This document shows, piece after piece, positions 1 to 11,500 of a stretch of DNA of 22,643 nt. The stretch's first letter is position 1. Each line of letters starts with the position of its first letter. Source of the DNA: Bugula neritina (Eukaryota > Animalia > Bryozoa); the NCBI GenBank assembly GCA_964035545.1, contig CAXIUT010000154.1, positions 1-22,643 on the forward strand, read 5' to 3'. The notes beneath the pieces are model-generated. The model was not told where the DNA came from. It ran no database searches and saw nothing but the letters and a program-made list of their open reading frames with translations. The position numbers were made by a program, and so were the translations under genes.

Positions 1-106
1 CCCAACCCCAACCCCAACCCCAACCCCAACCCCAACCCCAACCCCAACCCCAACCCCAACCCCAACCCCAACCCCAACCCCAACCCCAACCCCAACCCCA
101 ACCCCA
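1..106 (+). repeat. Left telomere, (CCCCAA)n
   Basis: Uniform C4A2 repeats starting CCCAACCCC at base 1; correct orientation for a chromosome left end; same repeat as Tetrahymena-type ciliate telomeres. Confidence 0.98.
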
Positions 107-154
107 TTTATTCATCTATATATTAATATTGAATTCTATATTCTATATCAAAAC

Positions 155-979
155 ATGAACACAACAACTACAACAAAATTACAAAACCCCTTTCTACGCA
201 GCAACCCATTCAATCCCCACAAATTTTATTCCCAATAAAAAAAGATAAATACCCAAATAGAACAATAACTCAGCTATCATCATGACCAAAAAAGATCAAA
301 TTATAGTTCACCATTCAAATCTTAAGCATAAAAAAGCAGATATACCAACAATATCAATCCATTCTAAGTAGATTATGAATTTGCCAGTTCATCAGTCAAA
401 CATGGAAATCCATCAAAAAATAATAATCTTCAAAAAAAAGCATATAATGTGAAGTAAAATCCATTTTTAAGAAAAAATCTCATGCCGACTTTAAAATAAA
501 ATCGATGGTTTTAGTAAAATAACACATAAACTTAAATAAAAAATAGATAAAAAGGTTATTAAAATCATCTCTATAATAGATATCGATAGATATTTGGCAA
601 TAGAACCAACCAAAAAGATTCTATCAATTAAGATAATCCTCAATAATACTATAATTCTCCAGTAAAATCAAATAAAGATCAAAATACTTAAAGAAATCAT
701 AAAAAAGATTCAATAAGAAAAAGAAAATAAAGCAAACAAAGCAAACAAAGCAGATAGAGCAAGTAAACAGAATAGAATGTTCAAAAATATTTTCATTCAG
801 ATTTACAACTAAAACTAAAAAGTCAAAATTATATATAATAAGATAGATAGTAGTCAAAATCATCGTATCCAGGTTCAATAGCTCCAAAATAACATTCAAA
901 TGATCTCCCGCCAGTCATTATTCAGTTCAAACATAAAAAGTTTTATCTAACATAAATGCAGATGGACTACTTGTTCTGA
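155..979 (+). CDS. Hypothetical low-complexity basic protein, 274 aa, with N-terminal NPF motifs
   Basis: ATG155 to TGA977-979 is open when TAA/TAG are sense; no intron needed. Contains NPFLR, NPFN, NPFE and NPFLR motifs and short SK repeats; ends DLPPVIIQFKHKKFYLTEMQMDYLF. Confidence 0.75.
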
Positions 980-1036
980 TCATGATTCATTGAAATTTTT
1001 ATAATATTATTGATATATTTAATATAATGAGTATTA

Positions 1037-2325
1037 TCAAGGACCCAGAGCCAACTTGGTATACAAATTTGTAAGAATTCTTTGTTTATCTTTAGAAGTC
1101 AATTCGTTGATGTCCACCTTTTAACCATAAGTGCGGGATTCTATCTCTTTTCCGATATTTAAAGAATTTTCTTTTTCTTTTTCAAGATGTTGCTTGCAAT
1201 TCTAAAGAGACATAATAAAAAATTGTTATACTTCTTATCTCTGAGTAAGAATCGTTTCAGCCAAAACCTTCATCTGCTCAATCCTCATCTTCACCTCTTC
1301 CTGTTCTTTCTACAACTGCAATAACTTAGTCTTCAATGTTTTTGCTTCTATCTGCTTAGCTTTCTTAATCTCAGCTATTTTTGTTTCTCTTTTACCCACC
1401 TCATCTGTTATTACCACTTTAATTTGATCTATTTTATCTTTATGAGCTTTGATTTTAGCTTTCTGCAAAGAACCTACAGCTTTATACTCTTCTAATTCTT
1501 CTTGATTAATACTAATATTAATTTTAAGTTCTTTTCTCTGTTCCAAAAGCTAATTTCTATTCTTTTTAATATTCAACAATTCTCCTTGAAGCAAAACAAG
1601 TTTCTTTTTAAGTTGATCATGTTTTTGCTAATTAGTATGTTTCTCTTCAATAACAATATTTCTAGCGACATTATAAACATTTTTCTTCACATCAACTATC
1701 TTATTATGACTCTCACTATCCATATTGATATTTTCCTTTACCTGTTTCTGCTCTTCTCTATTCATATTATCATGATGTTCATATTGCCTCATAACCAAAT
1801 TTTATTGCACCCTCTTGATTTCCTTGATATAATTTTGTTATTTCTCTTAATATTAATGAAGAGATTTATATTCACTCTCCAGTTACTACAATCTATATAT
1901 TATTCTAAATACTTTTTGTTCAAATCATTCAGTTCTACAAGGTGTAACGCATCGTTGTCTATATGTTATTATAATTACTTTTTTTAACTTTTTACTTTTA
2001 ATCCTAGAACTACTTGGTTTGTTTGTGATGCTGATCAGTTGTTTGATTTATTTTATTTTTTAGTGTTATGATTTGCCTTGTATTTTCTAACATATTCTAT
2101 TGCATTTTGTTCAATATGATATCCTTAGTAAAATAAAAAATACTCTTTAAAGTTGTTCTTTTTATTTGATATTTTGCAGTTAATGTATCTGTTTAATTCT
2201 TAATAAAAACAAATGTACAAATTACCGATGATTGATTTATGCTAGATAATCAGATTTTAAAGTTGATGTTTATCTTGAATAGTTGCATAGTTTGTTTAAA
2301 GTAATCGCTAGTACTCGTTTTCCAT
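1037..2325 (-). CDS. BBOF1: Basal body orientation factor 1 (BBOF1/CCDC176)-like coiled-coil protein, about 402 aa
   Basis: ATG2325 (MENEYERLLET) to TGA1039-1037 after removing four 20-nt GTA..AG introns (2199-2218, 2124-2143, 1959-1978, 1893-1912); spliced length 1209 nt. The C-terminus LAETILTQREEVEQFFIMSL...KVDINELTSKDKQRILTNLYTKL resembles the BBOF1 motifs as I recall them (LAxxILxxRxEVExFFLxAL; KVDIxDLTWExKExVLRLLFAKM). Confidence 0.75.
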
Positions 2326-2483
2326 TTAATTATAAATTAACTAAATACAAATATAACCTTCAATAACTTGTAATCATCTTTAATCGAGTTATTCATTGAA
2401 TAAAATAGAATATTTCATAGAAAAGAATCAATAATTATTTGTTTAAAAATCAAATTTTATTGATATTCTATAATTAGATAATT

Positions 2484-3446
2484 ATGGAAAATATATCAGA
2501 ACATCTCAAAAGACTTGAACAAATAGATAAAATAGCATAAAATACACTACTTAAGTATAAACTCAAAATGCCTTAAAAATATGCTAATATAGAAGCTACT
2601 CTCAAACTACTTATCAATCTCATCTCCTCTTTTCGAAAAAAATCATAAAACTATTAATAAGAACTAAAATCAAGAGCAAAAATATCAGATCTAAGATAAC
2701 AAATAGATTTCCATAAAACAAGAATAGCAGATTTCTAAAGAATGTCGAAAGCTTTATAAAATAAGGTACAATTAAAAAGAAACAATATCAATGAATAAGA
2801 AAGTAAAGTTAACTCACTAAGAAATGAATTATTAAGGATAAAAACAGAAAATGTAAAAAAAATAATAACCCTTTAAGATTTATAAGAAAAAAAGAATAAA
2901 TAAAAGAATAAATAAAACATCTAAACTAGAAAAGCCACCTGGAAAATGAAAACTGAATATTCTAGAGGATTTCATGTCAATGAAATCAATTATGAAGATT
3001 AAACCTACAGGTAAAAAGTAAAAATGATAAAAAAGTTATACTCGATTTTAGATAGAAAGAAAAAAATAGAACATTTTATAGAAGATGCTTGGGATCTTCT
3101 CAAAAATAAACTCATGCAAAAATAACAAAAATCAACAGCTAATGGTCTTCAAGGATCACTTGTCTTCAAAATGATTTAAAATGATCATACACATTATCAA
3201 AAACCTTTGAATGATGGTAAACTATTGATATACGACGTTTTAAAAAATAAACATAAAACATTTAGAAGATAGTCCTGGCAATGCAAAGAAGTAGTCAGTT
3301 AATAGTAATTTATGAAATATACTCCTCTACAAATCATAGGATTAATTTAACTAAAAGGAGGAGTTAAGAAGTTACAAGACCAAATAAGTAAGTTCTAAAG
3401 TTTAAATAATTCTAAATAAGTATCAGATTTTTTCATTAGACAATGA
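2484..3446 (+). CDS. Hypothetical coiled-coil protein, 320 aa
   Basis: ATG2484 (MENISEHLKRLEQIDK) to TGA3444-3446 in a single frame; Lys/Glu-rich helical N-terminal half. Confidence 0.8.
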
Positions 3447-3486
3447 TATTCAATATTTACTAATCATACTTATAAAGATTCTACGA

Positions 3487-6299
3487 TCATTCCTATTTAT
3501 CATATTTATCAATATACACCGAAGATGAACCTTCTTTCGACAACAAAGTCTAAGTTGAACTCGTAGTCATATTTTTAGGTCCAAACCAGTACAAAGCTAC
3601 AGGCAATAGCATCAATCCATTGAATAATCCCAGTAATATGATCCCAAGATACATTCTAAAATAATATAGCCTGAAGAGAGTAGATTGAGCTAAGGCAAGG
3701 ACCAATACTCCAACAAATTTAGTCAATCCGATTCCAATAAATACAGAACATCCAGTATTCTAGAGAGTAGCTTTCAACTTTTGATTTTGAGTGCCTTTCA
3801 TCCTGAACATAGAAATACATATATGGGCTGTAAATTATACAGACAAACCAATACAAGTTATCAAATTAACAACCTATATATTATAAATAGTACCGATATG
3901 GCATTTATTTCAACAATGAAGCCATGGTCAGGGAAAAGAGTCGATGTCAACCAAACAAAACCTATCAAATCCAAAGTTATCAGCAACACTACTCCACATA
4001 TCACCAAAGCAACTTTTATATCTTGAATTATTGTTACAGCCAGAAAGACCACAGCAAGACCAAGAAGAATATTTTCAATAGCTACTGATCTAATATAGCT
4101 ATATTGATCATAAAAAACATAAAAAAGAGAATATGGGTAAGCTGAAACACTAGGATTCTTTTATATGAAATCGCCCAAAACAAAATCCATCGCCATCCTT
4201 GTCTATCTAGCAGCTCTGATGTAATCTTATGAATTTCTAAGAGGTTTAGTCATAACTCTCAACCTAGTACTCACAAGATCTCCATCATCATTAAATCTCA
4301 AATCAGTTATATACTGCTATCCACAAATACCATAACTTTGACAGCAAGTTGATGTAATTGATACAGATAAATATTTTTTAAGTTGTTCATTATAAGGAAG
4401 TTTATCCACTCCCACAGCATCACAAGCCTCAGTCCAAGTCTACTTCTGAGAAACAAAGTTGTTAAAGTTTGCAAACCAAGAATAAACAGGAGGCTGAATG
4501 TATTTTAACTTAGATATCTAGTTATTAAGATCTTTTATGAGATTAGCTTGCTCTTCATCTTGATAATTAAAATTATTCAAAACCAAATAAGTTGGAGGTC
4601 CCACTTAGATATACTTCTTTTAGTAAGTAAAGTAATTATACAGGTCAGAATCAACCTACATTGAGACTTGTTCATTTAAACCCACTGGAATTTGAAATAT
4701 TCCTACTACAGCCATTCCTAAGAGGACCAAACTGATACCCAACACTGCAAAGCCACATCCTTTCTTCTTCAAAGCACTATAATATCCTCCTCCGAACCGT
4801 TTTTTCCAGAATTCTCTTGGAGCAGGATCTTATCCTCCCCTCACACAACAAAGAACATCAAGATGACCACTTTTTCTTCTCTAACAATCAATAACAAAAG
4901 CAACAACAAAGGTAGTTATCTGAAAGACATAGTTAAAAACAATTGCGATAGCAGCCTGGATACAGAACGCCTGTAAAGCTGGCATTTTAGTAAGTGCTCC
5001 AACCAAAAAGGCAAGTGCTTCACAAATAGCCGCAGTAGTAATAGATGGTCCAACTTATTTTAATCCCTTTGAAACATTATCAATCAGATATTGTTCTTCT
5101 TGTCTTTCAATAGAATTTTTAATGATAAACATGTTATCAACTCCTATAGCCAATATCAAAAAAGGAATAACTTACGCACTAATCATCGAAAACCCAATTC
5201 CAAGGAAAGATATAAAACCCATAGAGGCAAAAACTGAAGCCAAGACGATGGCAATACCAATAATAGCCAACGAAAATCCCGACCCAATTTTCGAAGGAAA
5301 CACTCCAATAGCAATACCAATATAGATAAACATCGCACTATAACTAATAACAACAATCCACATATTCTAACTAGTCTAATTAACCAACTCATCAGGAATT
5401 GATCTTTCACTCAAATATTCATAATGAATATCCATCTTAGATGATGTAAAATCATTTATATTTAGAACTTTATTTCCAGTAGTATTTACATTACCAATAT
5501 CATCTACCTCAAAATATTTAGAATATTATTCGATAAATGATCCGTTATCTGCATTGAATTTATGAATAGCATCAATTAGAACAGATTTCTACCACTATTC
5601 TGCACTTTATTTAGTAAATTAGTTGTTATTGAATAAATAAGTAGCCATCAATGCTTTCGCTTGCACCCAGCAATGATCGCAAGGAATAGTATGATTACTC
5701 ACCTCATCGTGTTTGTCATCGCAAGTTATTCCACCGAATATTGTCTACTTTATAATTGGGATCTCGTTTTCATCTGAACATGGAATACGAGATGTATAAG
5801 AATTCGATTGAGGAGTTTCAATGCATAGTGAAGTGTACATGATCTAGGTATCATTTGAGAGAGTACCCATGTCCATCTTCCATAAATCAAGAGGTGAAGG
5901 ACGATAGCATCCTTTGCCACTCACTGGCTTGTAGCATAAGTTGTCAATTGTTATTTCATGGCCATCTTTGACTAAGTTTTTTTTGTTTATGAGAGATAGT
6001 AAAAAATAAAAACTGTAAAGATGCTAATGTGTAAATATATTTTTTTGTGCATCATTATTTTGAACCATGATGATTTGTTCTGTTCTGAAAAAAGCTCCAA
6101 ATTTATCATTGAAATCCATTTCCTACTCGTATCCTTTTGATTAATGACCTACCCATAAATTTTGAGGATCAGTTTCCAATCGTATGTTAAGCATACCTAA
6201 AGAAAAGATAAGAAAAACAGCAACAGTACTAATAATAACTATTAATCTGTTATTGAAGTTAAACCTTCCTACTTTCTAGAAGAACACCTAGAAATCCAT
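3487..6299 (-). CDS. NPC1: Niemann-Pick C1-like / Patched-family sterol-sensing membrane protein lacking the N-terminal lumenal domain, about 930 aa
   Basis: ATG6299 to TGA3489-3487 with one 20-nt intron (3874-3893). Motifs ETDPQNLWV, FGAFFRTEQII, SERSIPDEL, SAEVIPFLILAIGVDNMFII (sterol-sensing domain), VGPPTYLV, FYVFYDQY, GLSVEFTAHI, LFRLYYFRMYLG. Confidence 0.95.
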
Positions 6300-6426
6300 A
6301 TTAATAATGCCACAACAATAATATTATTCACTCATTAGATAACTTAAATTTTATAACATTGATTTTTGAAGCAATAAGATATAAATAAAGTTATCAGGTG
6401 TAATAGTAATAAAGAAATAAAAGTTA

Positions 6427-7404
6427 TCATATTATGTAGGATAATTTCAACTTCTATTTAGGACCATCTTCACATTTGAAAAGATCACGATTGACTGTTG
6501 ATTTGAATGATGAACATGGAACATTTACATCTGTTTTTAACACCTTTCTTCGATGATAACGAGCTGGACCAGGAGAACAACTAGGCTGAATATATGAACC
6601 AAATATATTATCAGTCTTTTAGATAAAAGTTGGTGAAAAATTATGATTTATTCGATTTTGTCGCAAAGATAGTTCAGTCTTGATAAAAGGCTAGCTCTTT
6701 AAATACTTCTGAGTACTTTCCTGTAAAAGAAAACGATCTAGAGAAGGATTACTTCGATGGTTATTCTTTTTATGAGGAGATACACATGGTTCTGTCTTCA
6801 GATTTTATTTTTGAGATGTTGTTAATTTAGGCATTTAACAATTAAAAGGCTTTCTTTATTTAACTATCATATTATTCCTTTATTTCAACTTTTTCATTTT
6901 CTACTTTATTTTTAACTTGAGCTGCAAATTAGCATTTTTCTGAAGTTAATAACTACCAGGTCCAGCTTCATATCCTTCGTTCGTATTTTATTATCGAATT
7001 GCCTGAGTAAAAGAACCTTTAGTTGAGTGAAACTTGTTATTTAAAGTGAATTAAGCATTATAACTGGTTGGTCCAGGTTGTTTTTCTATTTTCTAGCAAA
7101 ATCTATCTCCAAAACTTCCAAAAGGAGCTTTTTCTCCTTTCCACTATCCCTTATCTTCCTTTCGATAAACAGCAGTATAACCTACAATATCTGAACTAGG
7201 AGTAGGTTCTAAAGGATTTGTAACTCTAGATGCAGAAGAAGCAAAAGGAAGAGGATGCATACGATCTTTAATATTTCTACATGCTTTATGAATATGATAA
7301 GAAGTCTGACCAGCATGAAGAGGAGGAATGATTGGAAAGTCAGAATTCATCGCAGAAGTATCCAAAGTATGATTAGAGAGGAGAGATTTATCTGGTGAAT
7401 TCAT
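6427..7404 (-). CDS. SHIPPO / sperm-tail PG-rich repeat (STPG/ODF3-like) protein, 325 aa
   Basis: ATG7404 to TGA6429-6427 in a single frame. Repeated PGPTSY, AGPGSY and SPGPARY motifs with PFASSASR, PFGSFGDRF and SFKSTVNR segments typical of PGP-repeat ciliary proteins. Confidence 0.75.
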
Positions 7405-7450
7405 AAATGGAATATAATATGATAGAAGGGTCTATCGTTATTAATTTATA

Positions 7451-8411
7451 ATGGGTTGCGTACAACCAGGAAAAAATGTTGGACAGCTAAGATCACGTCT
7501 TGAAACAAATGATCTAGACGCAAGAAAAAGACAGTCTTTAGTCTAATATGCTCTTAGGAATAAAATTTAAGGTATCGTTGGAGTTATCAGTTCAAAAATG
7601 CCATTTGAATTAGTCAAATAAATCTCACTAGGTATTTTTTCAATAAGTAAACAGCTAATGGCAAACTAAAATAACCCGAAAACCTCGAATGTTTCCCAAT
7701 TTTATAAAAACTCGATCTTTGTACTTCATCTTTAACTAAGAAAATAACAAAATCAAGTAGATAATTGGACTAAGAGCATTGTAGAAGTTATAATGGCTGA
7801 ATATGAGTAAAAACTAAATAGTCTAAATAAAGAATTTATTTCATTTAAGTCAACTAACAACTTTATATTTAAGTAAACTTCATCCTTATAAAGGTGATAA
7901 TAAAATATAGAGAATATAAAACTTGAATCTACTTAAAGGATTGAGATAACTCGCCTTAGGTAAATTATCGATGTATACAGGCAATAATTATATACAAAAA
8001 ATTGAAAAAATATCAGAATTAGTTAATCTATAAATGCTCGGATTGGAACTCAATCAAATCAGTAAAATATAGAACCTCAGCTTCAATACCAATCTAAAGT
8101 TATTGTTACTTGGAGGCAATAAAATAACCTAAATCGAAGGATTAGCAAATCTATAAAATTTATAAGTGCTCTCTTTGTGTAAGGCTCGCTGACTTAGAAA
8201 ACAATTTGATCAGAAAGATACAAAATATCTTCTCACTACCAAGTCTAAAAGAAGTCAAACTGTGTACTAAAGATCTAACTTAGAATTTAATATATTGGAT
8301 ATAAAATAGGAGTAATTTATGATAAACCAGATCGTCAATCAAGGAGTAATAATATCAGTTTAAGACCAAAAGTAAGGAATATCTCGATATTTGCCTTCAT
8401 TTTTAAGTTGA
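7451..8411 (+). CDS. SDS22-type leucine-rich repeat protein with MGC N-terminus, 278 aa
   Basis: ATG7451 to TGA8409-8411 with six introns: 7632-7654 (23 nt), 7721-7740 (20), 7873-7893 (21), 7960-7980 (21), 8179-8197 (19), 8264-8283 (20). The spliced product gives regular 22-aa repeats, e.g. LEKLDLENNKIKEIIGL, LTTLYLSDNKIERIENL, LKLLLLGGNKITEIEGL. Confidence 0.92.
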
Positions 8412-8499
8412 TATATTTTAATCAATAAAGTCAATCTTCAGAATATAAATATTAATAAGAAAGTAGTTTATTTCATTTTATTAGTATTTTAATCTATCT

Positions 8500-8569
8500 G
8501 GGGTTGGGGTTGGGGTTGGGGTTGGGGGTTGGGGTTGGGGTTGGGGTTGGGGTTGGGGTTGGGGTTGGG
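8500..8569 (+). repeat. Interstitial telomeric tract (GGGGTT)n, 70 nt; right end of minichromosome A
   Basis: G4T2 repeats with one G5 unit at 8524-8528. The tract ends ...GGGGTTGGG and directly abuts non-telomeric DNA, with no C4A2 tract following. Confidence 0.97.
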
Positions 8570-11500
8570 ATCATACTCTTAGAACATCTCAAAAAATAAA
8601 TCAATTCTATCCTTAAAGACTTTGAAAAAAATAGATAATGGGCAGACTTCAGCAACTGGCTTCATAGACTTCTATAAATACTTACTCCGAAACATCTACC
8701 CTCACTACCACAGCAACTCACCCTCTGCAAACGTCTTGCGCAATGTCTCAACCCTTCACTTCCAGCAGGAGTACACTCAACAGCTCTGAAGGTCTATGAA
8801 ATAATTCTTAATAATTTCGGATCAAGAACATCACTACTACCACTGACAGCGATGGGACTTTTCCCTTTTTTCGAACACAGCAATACTCAAAACAAACAAA
8901 CTATCATTAAAATATTTGATTAACATTTTATCACAGATACAGAATGTATACAAATGATAGTAGGACTAACTAATGCTCTACTTACAGTTCTCAACTAAAA
9001 TTCAGAAGATCTTTCTAAGCGAGTCTTTGCCGTCTGGTAAAAAATAACTAAAAAATATGGTAAAATTTGGGTAGATGGAGCAGTTTGGGTAAATATCCTC
9101 AAATCTCCAAAAGTACGTCTCGCTGGCTTTAAATATTTCACCAAAGTTTTCAGAGACAGAGATAGAGCGAATCAAATATAGTAAAAATAAAAGCAACAAA
9201 GAGAATAAGGCTAAAAGTTGATATTATAACAAATATAAAAAAAGATATAAGATGTCTATCTAGGTTAATAAGAAAAAGTGCTTTTAACTTCACTTTATAC
9301 ATATAGAAACAAATCTGATGATCACTCAACTCGTTTTCCCAATTTTAGCACTCTAGTAGTAAACAGTTTTTCTGTCTGTTTATAAATAACTACAGATAAC
9401 ATGATAAAAAGAGCAGCTTTAGATTTACTGGGAAGTTATCTAAAAATAAATACAAAAACATTTACTCGCAAAGATGGAGTAATTCTTATCTAAAAGATGT
9501 TACTTTTACTTCAATGCAAAGAATACAGCCTCACAAACAGATTCTATAAATATCTTTTTGACCATCCTAATAGTTAAGGTAATTTCCACATAGATTATGA
9601 AAAGAAGAGTGAATAGCTATTGATGCTAAAATAGGCACTAAGTAATTTATTGAAACAAAAATGTACAAAATAATCATAAAATGTATTACAGATAATGTAG
9701 ATATTGATAGGAGACCATCCAACTTTAGGATAGTATCTATTAGAAGGATTATCATTTTAAATTATAAAATTTGCATAAAAACAACAAAATAAACAAAAGA
9801 AACAAATAGTATTAGTAAAAACTGTCACTGATTTCTACCTCAATGTCATCTTCAAATATCACCGCTCCTTCATCTCATCTATCCTCAATAAAATATAAAA
9901 ACACTAAAAAGAAGACATCGATCCTTTATCGCCTCCCTTTGATGTCATTTTAGATGCCTTGCATTTCTATTTCTACAAAATGTAAAAAATATTAGTTTAG
10001 TATAAAAGATAAGAATATGAAGAATAAAAATATCATTAAAATCATCAAAAAACAGATTACATCAGCATCAGAGTTGATACCCTAAGAGAATTGATTTAAT
10101 ATTTATGGGTCAATCGACCTCTAGGATAAGAGTATTCTCAAAGAATTTTAGATTTATGTAATGAACTACTCTCAGAAATACATTTAGTTGATTAATCGGG
10201 TCTTTCTTTACATTAGATATAAAAAATATAGAAATTGCTAACACAATAAGCTGATCTTTAAAGAAAAAATAATTATATCAAACTTCTAACTCTTCATCCT
10301 TAACCTAAAAAATAGTTATTACTTCCTTACATTTAGGATAGTTCACTTTCAATAATTTGTATAAATATTTTGCTTGGAGGAGATAAAATATCTTCTGAAG
10401 CAAACAGACCACGAGCTGGTTCAGCTAAAAAGGCAAATAAACGAAAACATTCTACTTCAGGTCAAGATTCAATTGCTCCAGTATACAAATAACCTTTAAG
10501 TTTGACTTAAAACTAAAAATAAAGCTTATTCTATGCTATTTTTAAACTCTTCAACTGTCATCTTTTCTAAACAAAGGCCCTATAATTCATATAAAGATTC
10601 AGATACTGGTTCAAAAATATCTTTATTGAATTAATTGATAAAGTGTAGCCATCTTAGTGGTTAATCTACTGGAGAAGGATGTAAGGTGACGTAGCAGGAG
10701 GCATCCTCAGAATGATATAAAATCTAAATTGCCACAATTCATATCATAAACATCTCAGTCAAAAATGGATAATATCAGCTTAAAATATCATCAGCAAAGT
10801 TCTTGATGCAATATTTGTTCTCTTAGAAAAAGGACTCAATAGAAAAGATAGTACATAGTCTTAAAAAGAAATCGTCTTTAGATAATTTAATGTATTAGAG
10901 TATTAAAGAATTTTTAACCTAATGCAATTAGTATTTAAAGCTACCTCAAGTGGATTCAGTAAATTTTTCTTCCTTCAAAGAGATAAATATCTGGCTCCTT
11001 TCGTTCTCTTTGTGTTCAAATGTCTTTAAAATGGCAACTATAAAATAAAATAAAAATCCTTATCAATGTTAAGTTTCATTCTTTCTTTATCTTAAAATCC
11101 TCAATAAAAAATAGATTTCCTTCAACTAACTCTTCCCAACATCTTGGCCACTCTTGACCATCTAATCGATAAGAAAAAAAACTTTATAAGAGCAAAAAAG
11201 CCACTCATCTTCTATCGAAATCAAATAATAACTTTTGTTCAGCAACAATTATTAAATATAACTTCTTTAGTATATCTCTCTGGGTATAAAAAAGATCAAC
11301 TCGATATAAGGAGCTAATTCCAAGATGGAATAATCAATAATTTATTGCCTTAAAGGAGCCAATGTTTATGATATCATTCTAAAAGGAATCGTCTTTACAG
11401 ATACTCATTATATCAAAAATATGTATACTTAATCAAGTAAATAAATGGCATAAATGTTAGTAAAAATAGATAAAAGCAAAGCATAGATCACCACTTTTCT

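Noticed and set aside
728-766. Standard ciliate code (UAR=Gln), suggested by TAA/CAA/TAG alternating in an x-S-K repeat
   Set aside because: The repeat is low-complexity and reads equally well as ESKQSKQSRESKE; invariant Glu positions in NPC1, DOP1, the LRR protein and DUF1764 are TAA/TAG while invariant Gln positions are CAA/CAG.
1202-1231. 30-nt GTA..TAG intron candidate in the BBOF1-like gene
   Set aside because: It encodes VEQFFIMSLE, part of the conserved BBOF1 motif, so it is exon.
5172-5174. Split code with UAA=Lys and UAG=Glu
   Set aside because: TAA sits at invariant Glu sites (AEVIPFL, SVEF, EWAD), not Lys.
8211-8640. LRR-telomere(Gly-Val)-DOP1 read-through or spliced fusion protein
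   Set aside because: The LRR gene has its own TGA at 8409. The frame that is open across the tract has no ATG; a fusion needs an extra unsupported intron plus correction of the G5 unit, or a 300-nt intron unlike any seen here.
10481-10500. 20-nt GTA..AAG intron look-alike in DOP1
   Set aside because: Splicing it leads to TGA within about 45 codons, while the unspliced frame stays open.
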